NCBI GenBank assembly: GCA_021739625.1
Contig: JAIPBJ010000002.1
Location: 13,137-77,136 of the forward strand
Length of the DNA stretch: 64,000 nt
Direction: 5' to 3'
DNA from: Flavobacteriales bacterium
GTDB lineage: Bacteria; Bacteroidota; Bacteroidia; UBA10329
The stretch's first letter is position 1. Each line of letters starts with the position of its first letter. The position numbers and the translations under genes are program-made. Positions 29,540 through 38,451 of the stretch are shown in pieces. Below the pieces are notes generated by a model. The model was not told where the DNA came from. It was given only the letters and a program-made list of their open reading frames with translations, and did no database searches.

Positions 29540-30418
29540 ATGAGAAATCTGGGAATAAGCGCATCCTTGCTGATGCTATCAATCACTTTGCTGCTCGGGT
29601 CGTGCGCCACCCATGTGCCTTGCGGTGTACCGGTGGACAAGGTGAAAGGAAACAAGAAATACAAGGCTGCCGTGGCCGAACGCGACTCGCTGTGCATCCG
29701 CACCAAGGCGTTGGAGGACGAGGTCGGCCTCGGTCTGGAACGCGAGAAGGGCCTGAACGAGGACCTCACCGAACAGCAGAAGCGCTATGACGACCTCACC
29801 CGCCTGGCCGGAGAGGAAGTGGCGGGCCTCAGCGACAACCTGAAGAAGAAGGAGGGGCTGCTGGCAGAGAAGGAACAGTTGCTGAAGGACCGCGAGGCCC
29901 GCCTCAAGGTGTTGGAGGACATCGTGAAGAAGCAGGACGACCTGATGAACGCCCTCAGCGACCGCATCAAACAGGCGCTGCTCGGTTTCGCTGCCGATGA
30001 ACTGAGTGTGGAGATGCGCAATGGCAAGGTATATGTCTCGATGAGCGATAAGTTGCTGTTCCGCTCAGGCAGCGATGCCGTGGAGGTCAAAGGCAAGGAA
30101 GCATTGGCCAAACTGGCCGAGGCCCTGCAACGCAATGCCGACATCAGCATTCAGATCGAAGGCCACACGGACAGCATTCCGATCAACACGGCCCGTTTTC
30201 GCGACAACTGGGATCTGAGCGCGGCCCGCAGCACCAGTGTGGTGCGTCTGCTCACCACAGGCACAGGCATGGATCCCGAAAGGCTCACTGCCTCGGGCAA
30301 GGGCGAGTTCAACCCCATTGCCCCGAACAGGACACCAGAAGGCCGCGCCAAGAACCGTAGGACAGAGATCATCCTCTCGCCCAAACTTGACATCCTGATG
30401 GAGCTGTTGGGCAAGTAG
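29540..30418 (+). CDS. OmpA-family lipoprotein with central coiled-coil
   Basis: Lipobox LLLGSC. A long heptad-rich coiled coil (KALEDEVGLGLEREKGLNEDLTEQQKRYDDL...) precedes a C-terminal OmpA/MotB peptidoglycan-binding domain (IQIEGHTDSIPI...WDLSAARSTSV). Confidence 0.8.
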   Translation: MRNLGISASLLMLSITLLLGSCATHVPCGVPVDKVKGNKKYKAAVAERDSLCIRTKALEDEVGLGLEREKGLNEDLTEQQKRYDDLTRLAGEEVAGLSDNLKKKEGLLAEKEQLLKDREARLKVLEDIVKKQDDLMNALSDRIKQALLGFAADELSVEMRNGKVYVSMSDKLLFRSGSDAVEVKGKEALAKLAEALQRNADISIQIEGHTDSIPINTARFRDNWDLSAARSTSVVRLLTTGTGMDPERLTASGKGEFNPIAPNRTPEGRAKNRRTEIILSPKLDILMELLGK

Positions 30419-30425
30419 GCCCAGC

Positions 30426-31904
30426 TTACGCCTGCACTTTACCGATCAACCCGGCCGTGATCTTTGCCGAAAGCAGGCACAGCGGAATCCCGCTGCCCGG
30501 ATGCACGCTCCCTCCGCAGAAGTAGAGCCCCTTTATCTGCGAACTGAAATTCGGATGCCGCAGGAAGGCCGAGAAGATGCCGTTCGAACTGTTGCCGAAC
30601 ACCGCGCCCATCGCACTTGAGGTGCGTGTCTCAATGTCGCGGGGATCCAGCACCTTCTCGCAGGTGATGTATGGTTCCAGTTCCTCGCCCAATTGCGCAT
30701 TGAGCCGTCTGAGAACGTTGCTGCGCGTGCGTTGCACCGTGGTGTCCCAGTCCTGGCCGGTGTTGTGGGGCACAGACACCATCACGAACCAGTTCTCGCA
30801 ACCAGAGGGCGCGTCTGCACTGTGCTCCTTGCTGCTCACATGCACATAGACCGTGGGGTCGTCACAGACCCTTCCCTGCTTGAAGATCCCCTCATATTCG
30901 GTCTTCGGGTCGGGCGAGAGGAACATGTTGTGCAAGTGCAACCTGGGAAATTCCTTTTTCATTCCCCAGAAGAAAACGATGACCGAACTCGACTTCTCAC
31001 GGTTCAATGTGACCGATGGGCTGGACCGGTCCGGAAGCAATTGCCTGTAGGTGGCATTGACATCCGCGTTGCTCACGATCAGGTCAAAGTCCTGCCGGAT
31101 TCCATTCGCCACCAGACCTGTGGCACGGCCATCATTCACCAAAATGCGGCCGACCCTGCTTCCGAATCGGAACTGCACCCCCTGCCGCTGCGCCAATGCG
31201 GTCAGTTCACGGGCAATGGTGAACATGCCGCCTTCTATATAGAATGCTCCCAACGTGATCTCGTAGTGCGAAATGAGGTTCAGCGTGGCCGGTGCCTGAT
31301 AGGGGTCAGACCCATTGTAGCTCGCATAGCTGTTGAACAGCTGCTCAACCTTGGCGTTGTGGAAGAGTAGCGCGTTGGCCTTGGCCATGGTGGTGAATGC
31401 CTCCACCTTGGCGAAGTTGAGTATGCCACGCCACGTGGGCCGGTCGAAATAGTTCTTCCATTGATGCAACGACCGCTGGAGGAACACCGGGTCGGTGAGT
31501 TCCATCTTGATCCTCGACCTGTTGAGGAACTCCAATACCTTCGCCTTCGGAACCGTGGTCTTGGATTCCAGTTCTGCTGCCAGTCGCTGCGGGTCGGCAG
31601 GTGTGGTGATCTCAGTGCCGTCCGTGTAGAAATAGCGGAAGATGGGGTCCAGCCTTCGGTATCGGAAGTGCTGCTGAGGCTGCTCTCCGCACAGTTGGAA
31701 GAGTTCATCTATGTATTGCGGCATGGTGAGGATGGATGGCCCCATGTCGAACCGGAAACCGTCCATACACAATTCGGCCACCTTGCCACCGGGGGTGTCG
31801 TTGGCCTCGAACACCGTGACACGGAATCCCTGTCGTGCCAGACGGATGGCCACCGCCAGCCCACCGATGCCGGCCCCGATAACTGCTGCTGTCCTTGCTT
31901 CCAT
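30426..31904 (-). CDS. FAD-dependent desaturase of the phytoene desaturase (CrtI/CrtD) family
   Basis: An N-terminal Rossmann GxGxxG immediately follows the Met (MEARTAAVIGAGIGGLAVAIRLARQGFRVTVFEANDTPGGK). Length of about 490 aa and the C-terminal FAD-binding region fit the CrtI family. The ORF track start at 31916 is TTG. Confidence 0.85.
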   Translation of the reverse strand: MEARTAAVIGAGIGGLAVAIRLARQGFRVTVFEANDTPGGKVAELCMDGFRFDMGPSILTMPQYIDELFQLCGEQPQQHFRYRRLDPIFRYFYTDGTEITTPADPQRLAAELESKTTVPKAKVLEFLNRSRIKMELTDPVFLQRSLHQWKNYFDRPTWRGILNFAKVEAFTTMAKANALLFHNAKVEQLFNSYASYNGSDPYQAPATLNLISHYEITLGAFYIEGGMFTIARELTALAQRQGVQFRFGSRVGRILVNDGRATGLVANGIRQDFDLIVSNADVNATYRQLLPDRSSPSVTLNREKSSSVIVFFWGMKKEFPRLHLHNMFLSPDPKTEYEGIFKQGRVCDDPTVYVHVSSKEHSADAPSGCENWFVMVSVPHNTGQDWDTTVQRTRSNVLRRLNAQLGEELEPYITCEKVLDPRDIETRTSSAMGAVFGNSSNGIFSAFLRHPNFSSQIKGLYFCGGSVHPGSGIPLCLLSAKITAGLIGKVQA

Positions 31905-31952
31905 GTCTGTTCGCAAAGGAAGCTATCCCGACCGTGCGGTTTGGCATCCTGC

Positions 31953-31960
31953 TAACTTTG
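31953..31960 (+). promoter_or_regulatory. -7-like element TAACTTTG upstream of the ACP gene
   Basis: TAnnTTTG match 12 nt upstream of the ATG at 31973, in the 68-bp divergent spacer shared with the desaturase gene. Confidence 0.35.
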
Positions 31961-31972
31961 CAGCCAAAGCCA

Positions 31973-32233
31973 ATGGCCGCCAACCCCGACATCATCCAGA
32001 ACACCCTGCTCGCCTATTTGAGCGAACACGTCCTGGCCGAAGGCGTGACCATCACCCCCGAAACAGACCTGCCCTCCTTGGACGTGGATTCGGTGACCAT
32101 TGTGGAGATGGCCATGCACCTTGAAGAGCGGTTGGGCATTGAGATTCCAGTGAACCTACTGACGCCCGAACACACAAGGACGGTCAGTGCTTTTGCCGCG
32201 CATGCCGTTCAACACGGGAAGCCCCTTCGCTGA
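31973..32233 (+). CDS. acyl carrier protein (dedicated, non-housekeeping)
   Basis: 86 aa from the internal ATG. A four-helix ACP-like layout carries the phosphopantetheine-site DSV (LDVDSVTIVEMAMHLEERLGIEIP). It is not at a fab locus. Confidence 0.7.
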   Translation: MAANPDIIQNTLLAYLSEHVLAEGVTITPETDLPSLDVDSVTIVEMAMHLEERLGIEIPVNLLTPEHTRTVSAFAAHAVQHGKPLR

Positions 32234-33552
32234 TGGCATCCGCAGGCCAACCGCTCACAGGGGCAGACCACTTCCATCTGCTCATCGACCGGCAGATGCG
32301 CCAGAAGGGACTGCCCGGCAACATCTCGCGCATTCACCTGCGCCTTGCTCCATCGGCCGACCTGATGGCACTTGCAGAAATGCTGGAGCAGAACCCAACG
32401 CTGAACCGTGTGGCCCACCTGCGCCTGCACCACCGCTGGCCAGCACTTCCGAAATGGATCGGGACCTCGGCCGATTCTCCCGACATTTTCATCCACAGGG
32501 ATCTGCCCGAGGAAATGTTCCAAAGCAAGGTGCTGAACGGCCCCGTGGGCGCCACCACGGTGCCTGTGCGCATCGACCTCTGCGCGTGGAATGACGGGTC
32601 GAAGCATCTGGTCGTGTCCATGCACCATGCGCTGTTCGACCACCGGGGCATGACCCTATTCCTTCAGAGCCTTGCCACTGGGCAATCTGATGGGCAGTTG
32701 TTCATCCGATCGCAGAGAAGACCATGGCGGTCGGAGGCGATGGATGCGCTGCATGGCATGTTCTCGGCACTTGGTTCGGCAGGATGGAATCTTGCCACGT
32801 TGGCCCCGAAGCATCTGAGGCCGACTGAAGCGGCCTTGCATCGCGAGATCTCCTTCTCCATTGAAGACTCGGGGCGCATGGACCTTGCCGCACAACAGCA
32901 CGGGGCCGGGCCGGGCCGCAGCGCATTCTACATGGCGGTAGTGCTTGTGGCTTTGCGCGAGCTGTTGGAATCGCGGGGAGAACGGCCGCCCTATTTCTGG
33001 TTTCCGGTTCCACACAATATGAGGAGAAAGGGAGCCAACGGCCATTTGATCGGCAATGAGCTGGCCTTTCTTTTCTTCAAGATCGGGCGCGAGGCGCTGT
33101 TCACTGTTCCGCAGGCGGTCGCAGCCATTCAGATGCAGTTGAACACCCAGATCCGCAAGGGTTCGCTTGGACATCAGGCCGCCTTGCAGCGGGTGTTCAG
33201 AAGGGTGCCTTTTTGGATGATGAATGCCATGGTGGGCCTTACCACGGGCGGCCGTGTCAGCAGTCTCGCGTTCTCAGACCTTGGCGAGGAGCGTAACCCG
33301 TTGCAGGAGTTTCTCGGGGTGCCCGTGCAGGGAATGGCCCACATTCCGCCCGTGCCGTGCCCTCCGGGGCTCAGTGTGGTGTTCAAGCGGGAGGCAGGCC
33401 AATTGCGGCTGATAGTGGCATATCTCCCACAAGCGCTGGCCGATGAGGAGTGCGCCACGTTGATGGGGCGGATCCGCGTCCTTCTGCTCACTCCCCGAAC
33501 AACGAAAGGCGAACAGCCCTTAAAGCTCACTTCCTCCCGATCGGGCTGCTGA
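32233..33552 (+). CDS. condensation-superfamily acyltransferase, WS/DGAT-like (HHxxxD motif)
   Basis: Its start overlaps the ACP stop (TGATGG). 439 aa. The N-terminal PLTGADHFHLLIDR resembles the WS/DGAT PLSxxDxxFL..E motif, and the catalytic-type motif VVSMHHALFDHRG sits at about residue 130. Confidence 0.55.
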   Translation: MASAGQPLTGADHFHLLIDRQMRQKGLPGNISRIHLRLAPSADLMALAEMLEQNPTLNRVAHLRLHHRWPALPKWIGTSADSPDIFIHRDLPEEMFQSKVLNGPVGATTVPVRIDLCAWNDGSKHLVVSMHHALFDHRGMTLFLQSLATGQSDGQLFIRSQRRPWRSEAMDALHGMFSALGSAGWNLATLAPKHLRPTEAALHREISFSIEDSGRMDLAAQQHGAGPGRSAFYMAVVLVALRELLESRGERPPYFWFPVPHNMRRKGANGHLIGNELAFLFFKIGREALFTVPQAVAAIQMQLNTQIRKGSLGHQAALQRVFRRVPFWMMNAMVGLTTGGRVSSLAFSDLGEERNPLQEFLGVPVQGMAHIPPVPCPPGLSVVFKREAGQLRLIVAYLPQALADEECATLMGRIRVLLLTPRTTKGEQPLKLTSSRSGC

Positions 33553-36500
33553 GGTATTTCTCCTCCAGATCTGCGAAGCGTTCCTCCAACTTTTCCAGCA
33601 CCGCATCCTGCTTATGCATCCGCGCAAGGATGAGCAACTTCTGCATCACCGACATGGCGATGTCAGGGTCGTTGCCCAAGCGGCTCACCTGCGTGCGGTC
33701 GAGGCGTGAGAAATAGTCGATGTCCTGACCGTAAACGTCTGCCAATTTGAGGGCCACTTCATTGCCTTTGTCGAATTCCTCCAGCTTGTAATAGGCTTCC
33801 ACGATGCCTGCTGCCGAGAAGTTGAGCAGAATGCTCTCGTGTGGGAAGGCCTCCATGCAACGGTCGAGGGTTTTCAGAGCCAGTTCTTTCTTGTCCTCGG
33901 CAATGAGGGCGTTGGCAAGACGGGCATACATGCTGCGATAGTTGAGGCTCATGCGCTCGGTCTCGGTGCCGTGATACACCTCAGGCAGGTGCATGTTACC
34001 CCACTGGAACTTGTTCACCATGTTCTCATACATCGCCACGGTGTTCACCTCTCCGGTCTGCCCGTCACGGCTACTGCTTTCCATCGGCACAAGGCGATAG
34101 GCCAGTCCTTCGGTCTGGAAATAGCGCTCAAGTCCCAGATAATTGTCGCTGCCCACGGTCACGGCAAAATATACTGGCCGTTTCCAGTCGTTGTTGGCGA
34201 GAATGTCCAACACCATCAGGTGATTACGGGTGATGGCACTGCCCTTGAGCGACCATGTCATCTCCTTCACGATGCGGTCGGCCTGATCGGGGCGCACCGT
34301 GCCAGTGGCAAGGATCTGCGCACTGTCTATCGTCAATTTGATGTTGGCCGTTGGCAGATAGTTGTAGTCGCCCACGCGGGTCTGCAGCTTGTACTGCTTG
34401 TCCTCGCGGCTCACGAAATCCATGAGCTCGGCCAGTTCCACGTTGCCTTCCACTCCTCGGTCATAGATCGGGATCTGAAGGCGGTTGTCGCCCCGCAACT
34501 GATCCTCAGTGAATGAGAATGGCAGCGGATCGGCCTCGTAGGCCTTTCTGCGCAGCTGGTCTATGTACCAGGTGGTGTTGAACAGGCTGAGGTTCACCAC
34601 CCGCACATCGGTGCGGACGCCTTCCACCTCCTGTGCATACCACAATGGGAAAGTATCGTTGTCACCGTTGGTGAAGAGAATGGCGTTGGGCGCACAGGTC
34701 TCCAGATAGTTCACGGCTATGTCGCGGGCGGCATAACGGTTGCTGCGGTCATGGTCGTCCCAGCCTTCCTTGGCCATCAGGTATGGCCCGCTGAGACAGA
34801 GCACGGTTCCGATCGCGGCTGCGGCCACACGCGGCACCTTCTTCTTCGACAGGAAATCATAGAACGCGAGCACAGAGAACCCTATCCAGAATGCGTAGGC
34901 ATAGAACGAGCCTGCATAGGCATAGTCACGTTCGCGTGGCTGATAGGGATACTGGTTGAGGTAAAGCACGATCGCCAGACCGGTCATGAAGAACATGAGG
35001 AACACCAGCCAGGTGCTCTGCCTGTCCTTGTAATACTGGAAGAACAGGCCGATGAGTCCGAGGAACAGTGGAATCATGTAAAAACGGTTGTAGGCCTTGT
35101 TGGAGGTCATGGAAACCGGCAGGTCGTCCTGCGGCCCGATGCGCCACTCATCGAAGATGGCAATCCCGCTCACCCAGTTGCCACGGTTTATCTCGCGATT
35201 GCCCTGCACATCGTTCTGCCTGCCAGCGAAGTTCCACATGAAATAGCGCATGTACATGTGACCCACCTGATACTTGAACAGGAATGCGAGGTTCTGCCCC
35301 ATGGTGGGCTTCACTTTGCCGCCCTTGGCACCCGTAATGTTCTTGTACTCCTCCACATGGTGCGGCTGATTGCTGTACATGCGTGGGAAAATGCCGCTCA
35401 TCTTCGGATCATACAGTGGAATCTGCTTGCGGCCCATGATCTCATAGCGGTCCTCGGCCTGATAGTATTGCGCAGCACCCTCTTCGCGGTCGATGTAATC
35501 CGCATTGAAGTAATGACCCACGAAAAGCGGGCGGTCGCCATACTGCTCGCGGTTCAGATAGCTCTGCAGGGCGAACACGTTGTCGGGTGCGCTCTCATTC
35601 ATCGGTGGATCGGCCACCGAACGCAGCACGGTGACCGTGTATGCGGAGTATCCGATCAGGATCATCAGCACGCTGAGGATGGCCGTGTTGGTCAACGGGT
35701 GATTCTTCTTCTTGGTATAGCGCAGTCCGAACACGAAGGCCGCGACCAGGGCTATGGCGAAGATGGTGACCCCGCTGTTGAACGGCATTCCGAAGCCGTT
35801 CACAAAAAGCAGCTCTGCCTTGGAGGCCAGTGACACCACACCGGGGATGATGCCATACTGCACCACACCGACTATGACCACCGAAACGATCCCTGTGAGA
35901 ATGAATCCTTTGGTGGATGGTGCGTAGCGTTTGAAATAATAGACGAATGTGATGGCAGGAATGGCCAACAGGTTGAGCAAGTGGACCCCGATGCTCATGC
36001 CGAACAGCAGGCCCAACAGCACCAGATAGCGGTCGGAGTGTGGCTCATCGGCCACGGACTCCCATTTCAGAATGACCCAGAACACCAAGGCGGTGAACAT
36101 GCTCGAAAGCGCATAGACCTCACCCTCCACGGCCGAGAACCAGAACGAATCGCTGAAAGTGTAGGCCAGTCCGCCCACGATGCCGCTGCCCATCACGGCC
36201 AGGATCTTGCCGAGGTCGGCATTGGGGTCGTCATTGCCGATGACCAGTTTCTTACCGAAATGGGTGATGCTCCAGAAAAGAAAGAGGATGGTGAATCCAC
36301 TGGCGAGGGCGCTCATGATATTGACCCACTTGGCCACCTGCATCACATCATCGCCTGCAAACAGTGTGAAGAACCTTGCAAGGAGTTGGAACATAGGAGC
36401 GCCAGGCTCGTGGCCCACCATCAATTTGTAGCTGGCACTGATATATTCCCCACAGTCCCACCAGCTCGCTGTAGGTTCGATGGTAGAGATGTAAACGAAA

Positions 36501-36568
36501 GAGGCGATGGCGAAGACCAGCCATCCGGTGACGTTGTTGATAAGCGCGTATCTGCTCATTCCTGACAA
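33527..36568 (-). CDS. DUF2723-family large polytopic membrane protein (GT-C-like putative glycosyltransferase) with C-terminal TPR region
   Basis: 1013 aa. The N-terminal multi-TM region (WDCGEYISASYKL..., many hydrophobic helices) is followed by a large soluble domain and a TPR-like helical C-terminus. Architecture is typical of Bacteroidota DUF2723 proteins. Confidence 0.75.
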   Translation of the reverse strand: MSGMSRYALINNVTGWLVFAIASFVYISTIEPTASWWDCGEYISASYKLMVGHEPGAPMFQLLARFFTLFAGDDVMQVAKWVNIMSALASGFTILFLFWSITHFGKKLVIGNDDPNADLGKILAVMGSGIVGGLAYTFSDSFWFSAVEGEVYALSSMFTALVFWVILKWESVADEPHSDRYLVLLGLLFGMSIGVHLLNLLAIPAITFVYYFKRYAPSTKGFILTGIVSVVIVGVVQYGIIPGVVSLASKAELLFVNGFGMPFNSGVTIFAIALVAAFVFGLRYTKKKNHPLTNTAILSVLMILIGYSAYTVTVLRSVADPPMNESAPDNVFALQSYLNREQYGDRPLFVGHYFNADYIDREEGAAQYYQAEDRYEIMGRKQIPLYDPKMSGIFPRMYSNQPHHVEEYKNITGAKGGKVKPTMGQNLAFLFKYQVGHMYMRYFMWNFAGRQNDVQGNREINRGNWVSGIAIFDEWRIGPQDDLPVSMTSNKAYNRFYMIPLFLGLIGLFFQYYKDRQSTWLVFLMFFMTGLAIVLYLNQYPYQPRERDYAYAGSFYAYAFWIGFSVLAFYDFLSKKKVPRVAAAAIGTVLCLSGPYLMAKEGWDDHDRSNRYAARDIAVNYLETCAPNAILFTNGDNDTFPLWYAQEVEGVRTDVRVVNLSLFNTTWYIDQLRRKAYEADPLPFSFTEDQLRGDNRLQIPIYDRGVEGNVELAELMDFVSREDKQYKLQTRVGDYNYLPTANIKLTIDSAQILATGTVRPDQADRIVKEMTWSLKGSAITRNHLMVLDILANNDWKRPVYFAVTVGSDNYLGLERYFQTEGLAYRLVPMESSSRDGQTGEVNTVAMYENMVNKFQWGNMHLPEVYHGTETERMSLNYRSMYARLANALIAEDKKELALKTLDRCMEAFPHESILLNFSAAGIVEAYYKLEEFDKGNEVALKLADVYGQDIDYFSRLDRTQVSRLGNDPDIAMSVMQKLLILARMHKQDAVLEKLEERFADLEEKYLSSPIGRK

Positions 36569-36672
36569 TTCTTAAGGGCGGACGAAAATAGGCAAATAGA
36601 ACCCGTAGGTCGGAAGGGCTTTTCAGCGTTGGGGTTCTTTAACAGCACCATGCACATTTGCATAAGTTTGGC

Positions 36673-38232
36673 ATGATGAAAACCTCCGTTCCTAACGACC
36701 GCCTACTGTGGTTATGGACAGCGCTGCTGGCCCTCTACACTGGGGTTTTCTTCGCCATTCCCATCAATCTGGCCACAGCAGACCTTGGGCGGCACATCAC
36801 CAACGGTGCGCTGCTGATGCAGGGCGTTACCGATGTGCTTTACACCAACTACTATTCCTTCACCGAACCCGGCCACACTTTCACCAACCACCATTGGGGC
36901 AGCGGGGTGCTGATGCACCTTGTGCATGCCCCAGTGGGATTCAAAGGGCTGTCCCTGATGTATATCCTGCTCTCTGTGGGATGCCTGCTGGTGATGGTGC
37001 GCGCCACTGCCCTCACCGTTCCCGTGCGCTGGGCAATGCTGCTCGCCACACTGACGGTGCCCTTGTTCGCCTACCGCACCGAGGTGAGGCCCGAAGGCTT
37101 CAGCTATCTCCTGCTGGCGGTCTATTATCTGCTGTTTTGCAGGCACCGGGCGGGTTCCATCGACCTCAAGAAACTGCTGCTGTGGATATTGCCCTTGCAA
37201 CTGCTTTGGGTTAACCTTCACATCTTCTTCTTTCTCGGGATCGGGGTGGCGGGGGTCTTCCTTTTCGATGCGCTGGTAGTGAAGCGCGACACCGCCAAAG
37301 TGCGGGAGCTTGCGATGCTGCTTGGTGGCATGGTGGCGGTGAGCCTCATCAACCCGCACTTCCACAACGGCCTTCTGGCCCCGCTCACCATCTTCAATGC
37401 GTATGGCTACATGATCGTGGAGAACCAGACGGTCTTCTTCCTACAGGAACGTTTCGGCAGTCCGCAGTTCATCCATCTGGAGATATTGGCCGTGTTCGCA
37501 CTTGGGGCCGTGGGCTGGGCCTTGGCGAAGGGCCTCTGGCGCGAAATGGCTGTCGAGCTGTTGTTGGCAACCGGGTTCCTTGCGCTCAGTTTCATGGCCG
37601 TGCGTGGCATCCCGATCTTCGCCATGTTCAGCATTCCGTTCTTCTCACGGGTGCTTTTCGCGTTGGTGCAGGACCTGCACTTCAAGACCAGGGAAACATT
37701 GACACAACTGCTGCCCATTGTCGGCATTGCGCTCTGTGTCATCTTCACCCCCACGACCGGGACATACGCCTCGGCCAACAAAGGCTATAACAGCATTGGT
37801 GTCATCAAGGGGGTGGAGACCAGTGGCCGGTTCCTGCTCAGGTCGGGAGTTCCAGGACGCATCTTCAACAACTATGACATCGGGAGCTATCTGGTATACT
37901 ACCTCCAAGACAGTGGGAAGGTGTTCGTGGACAACCGTCCTGAGGCGTACTCGGTCGCCTTCTTCGATTCCATTTACCGTCCCATGCAGGAGGACGATGC
38001 TGTTTTCCGACAGATGGTCGGCCGCTACGGCATCAACATCATCTGTTTCTACCGCCATGATGCCACGCCTTGGGCGCAGCCGTTCCTCATCCGCAGGACG
38101 CAGGACGCGGAGTGGGTGCCCATTCTGGTGGACGATGTGAGCATCATCCTCATCCGCAACCTGCCGTCCAACCGACCTTGGATAGAGCGTCATGCGCTGC
38201 CAAGGGAGATGTTCCAGAGTGTGCCGAATTGA
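36673..38232 (+). CDS. hypothetical polytopic membrane protein (possible GT-C-type glycosyltransferase)
   Basis: About 520 aa with at least 10 predicted TM helices followed by a C-terminal ~200-aa soluble domain. Lies divergent from the DUF2723 gene. Start set at ATG 36673; a TAAGTTTG motif lies immediately upstream, so the start or TSS is uncertain. Confidence 0.55.
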   Translation: MMKTSVPNDRLLWLWTALLALYTGVFFAIPINLATADLGRHITNGALLMQGVTDVLYTNYYSFTEPGHTFTNHHWGSGVLMHLVHAPVGFKGLSLMYILLSVGCLLVMVRATALTVPVRWAMLLATLTVPLFAYRTEVRPEGFSYLLLAVYYLLFCRHRAGSIDLKKLLLWILPLQLLWVNLHIFFFLGIGVAGVFLFDALVVKRDTAKVRELAMLLGGMVAVSLINPHFHNGLLAPLTIFNAYGYMIVENQTVFFLQERFGSPQFIHLEILAVFALGAVGWALAKGLWREMAVELLLATGFLALSFMAVRGIPIFAMFSIPFFSRVLFALVQDLHFKTRETLTQLLPIVGIALCVIFTPTTGTYASANKGYNSIGVIKGVETSGRFLLRSGVPGRIFNNYDIGSYLVYYLQDSGKVFVDNRPEAYSVAFFDSIYRPMQEDDAVFRQMVGRYGINIICFYRHDATPWAQPFLIRRTQDAEWVPILVDDVSIILIRNLPSNRPWIERHALPREMFQSVPN

Positions 38233-38451
38233 GCTGCCCCTCAGATGTGGACACTTGTGCTTTCGTTATGAACAGATAGTCCCGCTTCGCAGATGGAGGT
38301 GGAGATAGCGGCTTGCCGGAAAATCATACAGGTCTGAGGGTCTTGATGTGTTCCTCACATGCCGCTGTGGACAACTACCGGCCACTTACATTCAGCGGAG
38401 GGCCCATGCGGGGTTCATTTGTCGGCCTATCAATTATAACCCCCGATTGAA

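Noticed and set aside
30426-31904. Carotenoid biosynthesis cluster
   Set aside because: The CrtI-family gene stands alone: no phytoene synthase, lycopene cyclase or hydroxylase genes are present. It is more likely acting on the product of the adjacent ACP/acyltransferase pair.
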